Shown here: piece by piece, positions 63,418 to 64,000 of the stretch
Position numbering within the stretch: the first letter of the stretch is position 1
Layout of the letters: the number at the start of each line of letters is the position of its first letter
Assembly: GCA_021613535.1 (NCBI GenBank)
Contig: CP075494.1
Span: 2,852,001 to 2,916,000, forward strand
From: Adineta vaga
Lineage: Eukaryota; Animalia; Rotifera
Length of the DNA stretch: 64,000 nt
Direction: 5' to 3'
Position numbers and translations under genes: made by a program
Notes under the pieces: model-generated
What the model saw: the letters and a program-made list of their open reading frames with translations, nothing else
Told to the model about the DNA's origin: nothing
Database searches by the model: none

Positions 63418-64000
63418 TTTTCTTTCTTTGGAATTCTATTCAAATGATTATGATAACTCTTACTTTCAGTGTTATATGATCTTTATGACACTCAATATAT
63501 TTATTAAGATTATAGATATGATCCACTTAAGATTTATGTACTTTACTTTTATTATTTCATTAATCATTGTTTCTTATAGATGTACGTATACTGTAAAACA
63601 ATTAAAATACATAGAATGACAAAATAGAACTGACTGAAATTGTCATGTATTTGTTTATTCTGTTATATTGATATAACAAACTTTCAAATGTATTAAAGAT
63701 TGAATTGTTGAACTAGAAAGTCAGTTTTTTTTTCTAATCTGTTAGTTCTATTATTGATCATAGTTGAAAGAAACGATATTTTTGTTGAAGAGAAATACTA
63801 CTATTGACTCATAATAGCGTCGAACTGATAAGGAATTCTAAGACTTTATGAATTAAATGTCGTTGATAATAGAACGATACATTATGTACTTTTCATTTTC
63901 AGGATAGAAAAAAAATTAGAAGAAATTTATTTTTCCGAAAGAATTTTTAGTATTTTAGTTGTTAACTATTATGAGATGTTTCTATTCCTCTCTAATCACA

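Overview
AT-rich eukaryotic genomic DNA with many ~45-60 nt GT-AG introns. The gene content points to a bdelloid rotifer (inference): intron-poor rhodopsin-like GPCRs, F-box/LRR genes, ART-TPR and FG-GAP/VCBS proteins, fungal-type CipC and FSH1 genes, and TGTGGG/TGAGGG telomere-type repeats. About 20 protein genes can be reconstructed, including an ABCC4-like exporter, an SLC43-like transporter, five GPCRs, a UAS/F-box protein, an ARF-like GTPase, a mucin-stalk/FG-GAP membrane protein, an ART-like/TPR protein and a surface protein with nine repeat exons. There is also one tRNA-Thr(AGT), several decayed genes (CYP, ART-TM-VCBS, VCBS, GH78, a duplicated ABCC 3' end), a complete piggyBac inserted in a GPCR, and several fold-back elements. 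Two signals stand out. (1) A dispersed family of short inverted elements, ATCTTGAGGGTGTGGG-[variable spacer]-CCCACACCCTCAAGAT, about one per 4 kb, built from telomere-type repeats arranged like a miniature end-to-end telomere fusion. (2) A Mutator-like TIR element with a 9-bp TSD that is itself a seamless intron inside the ABC signature motif (introner-like). Many single-base frameshifts fall in homopolymers and are probably consensus errors.
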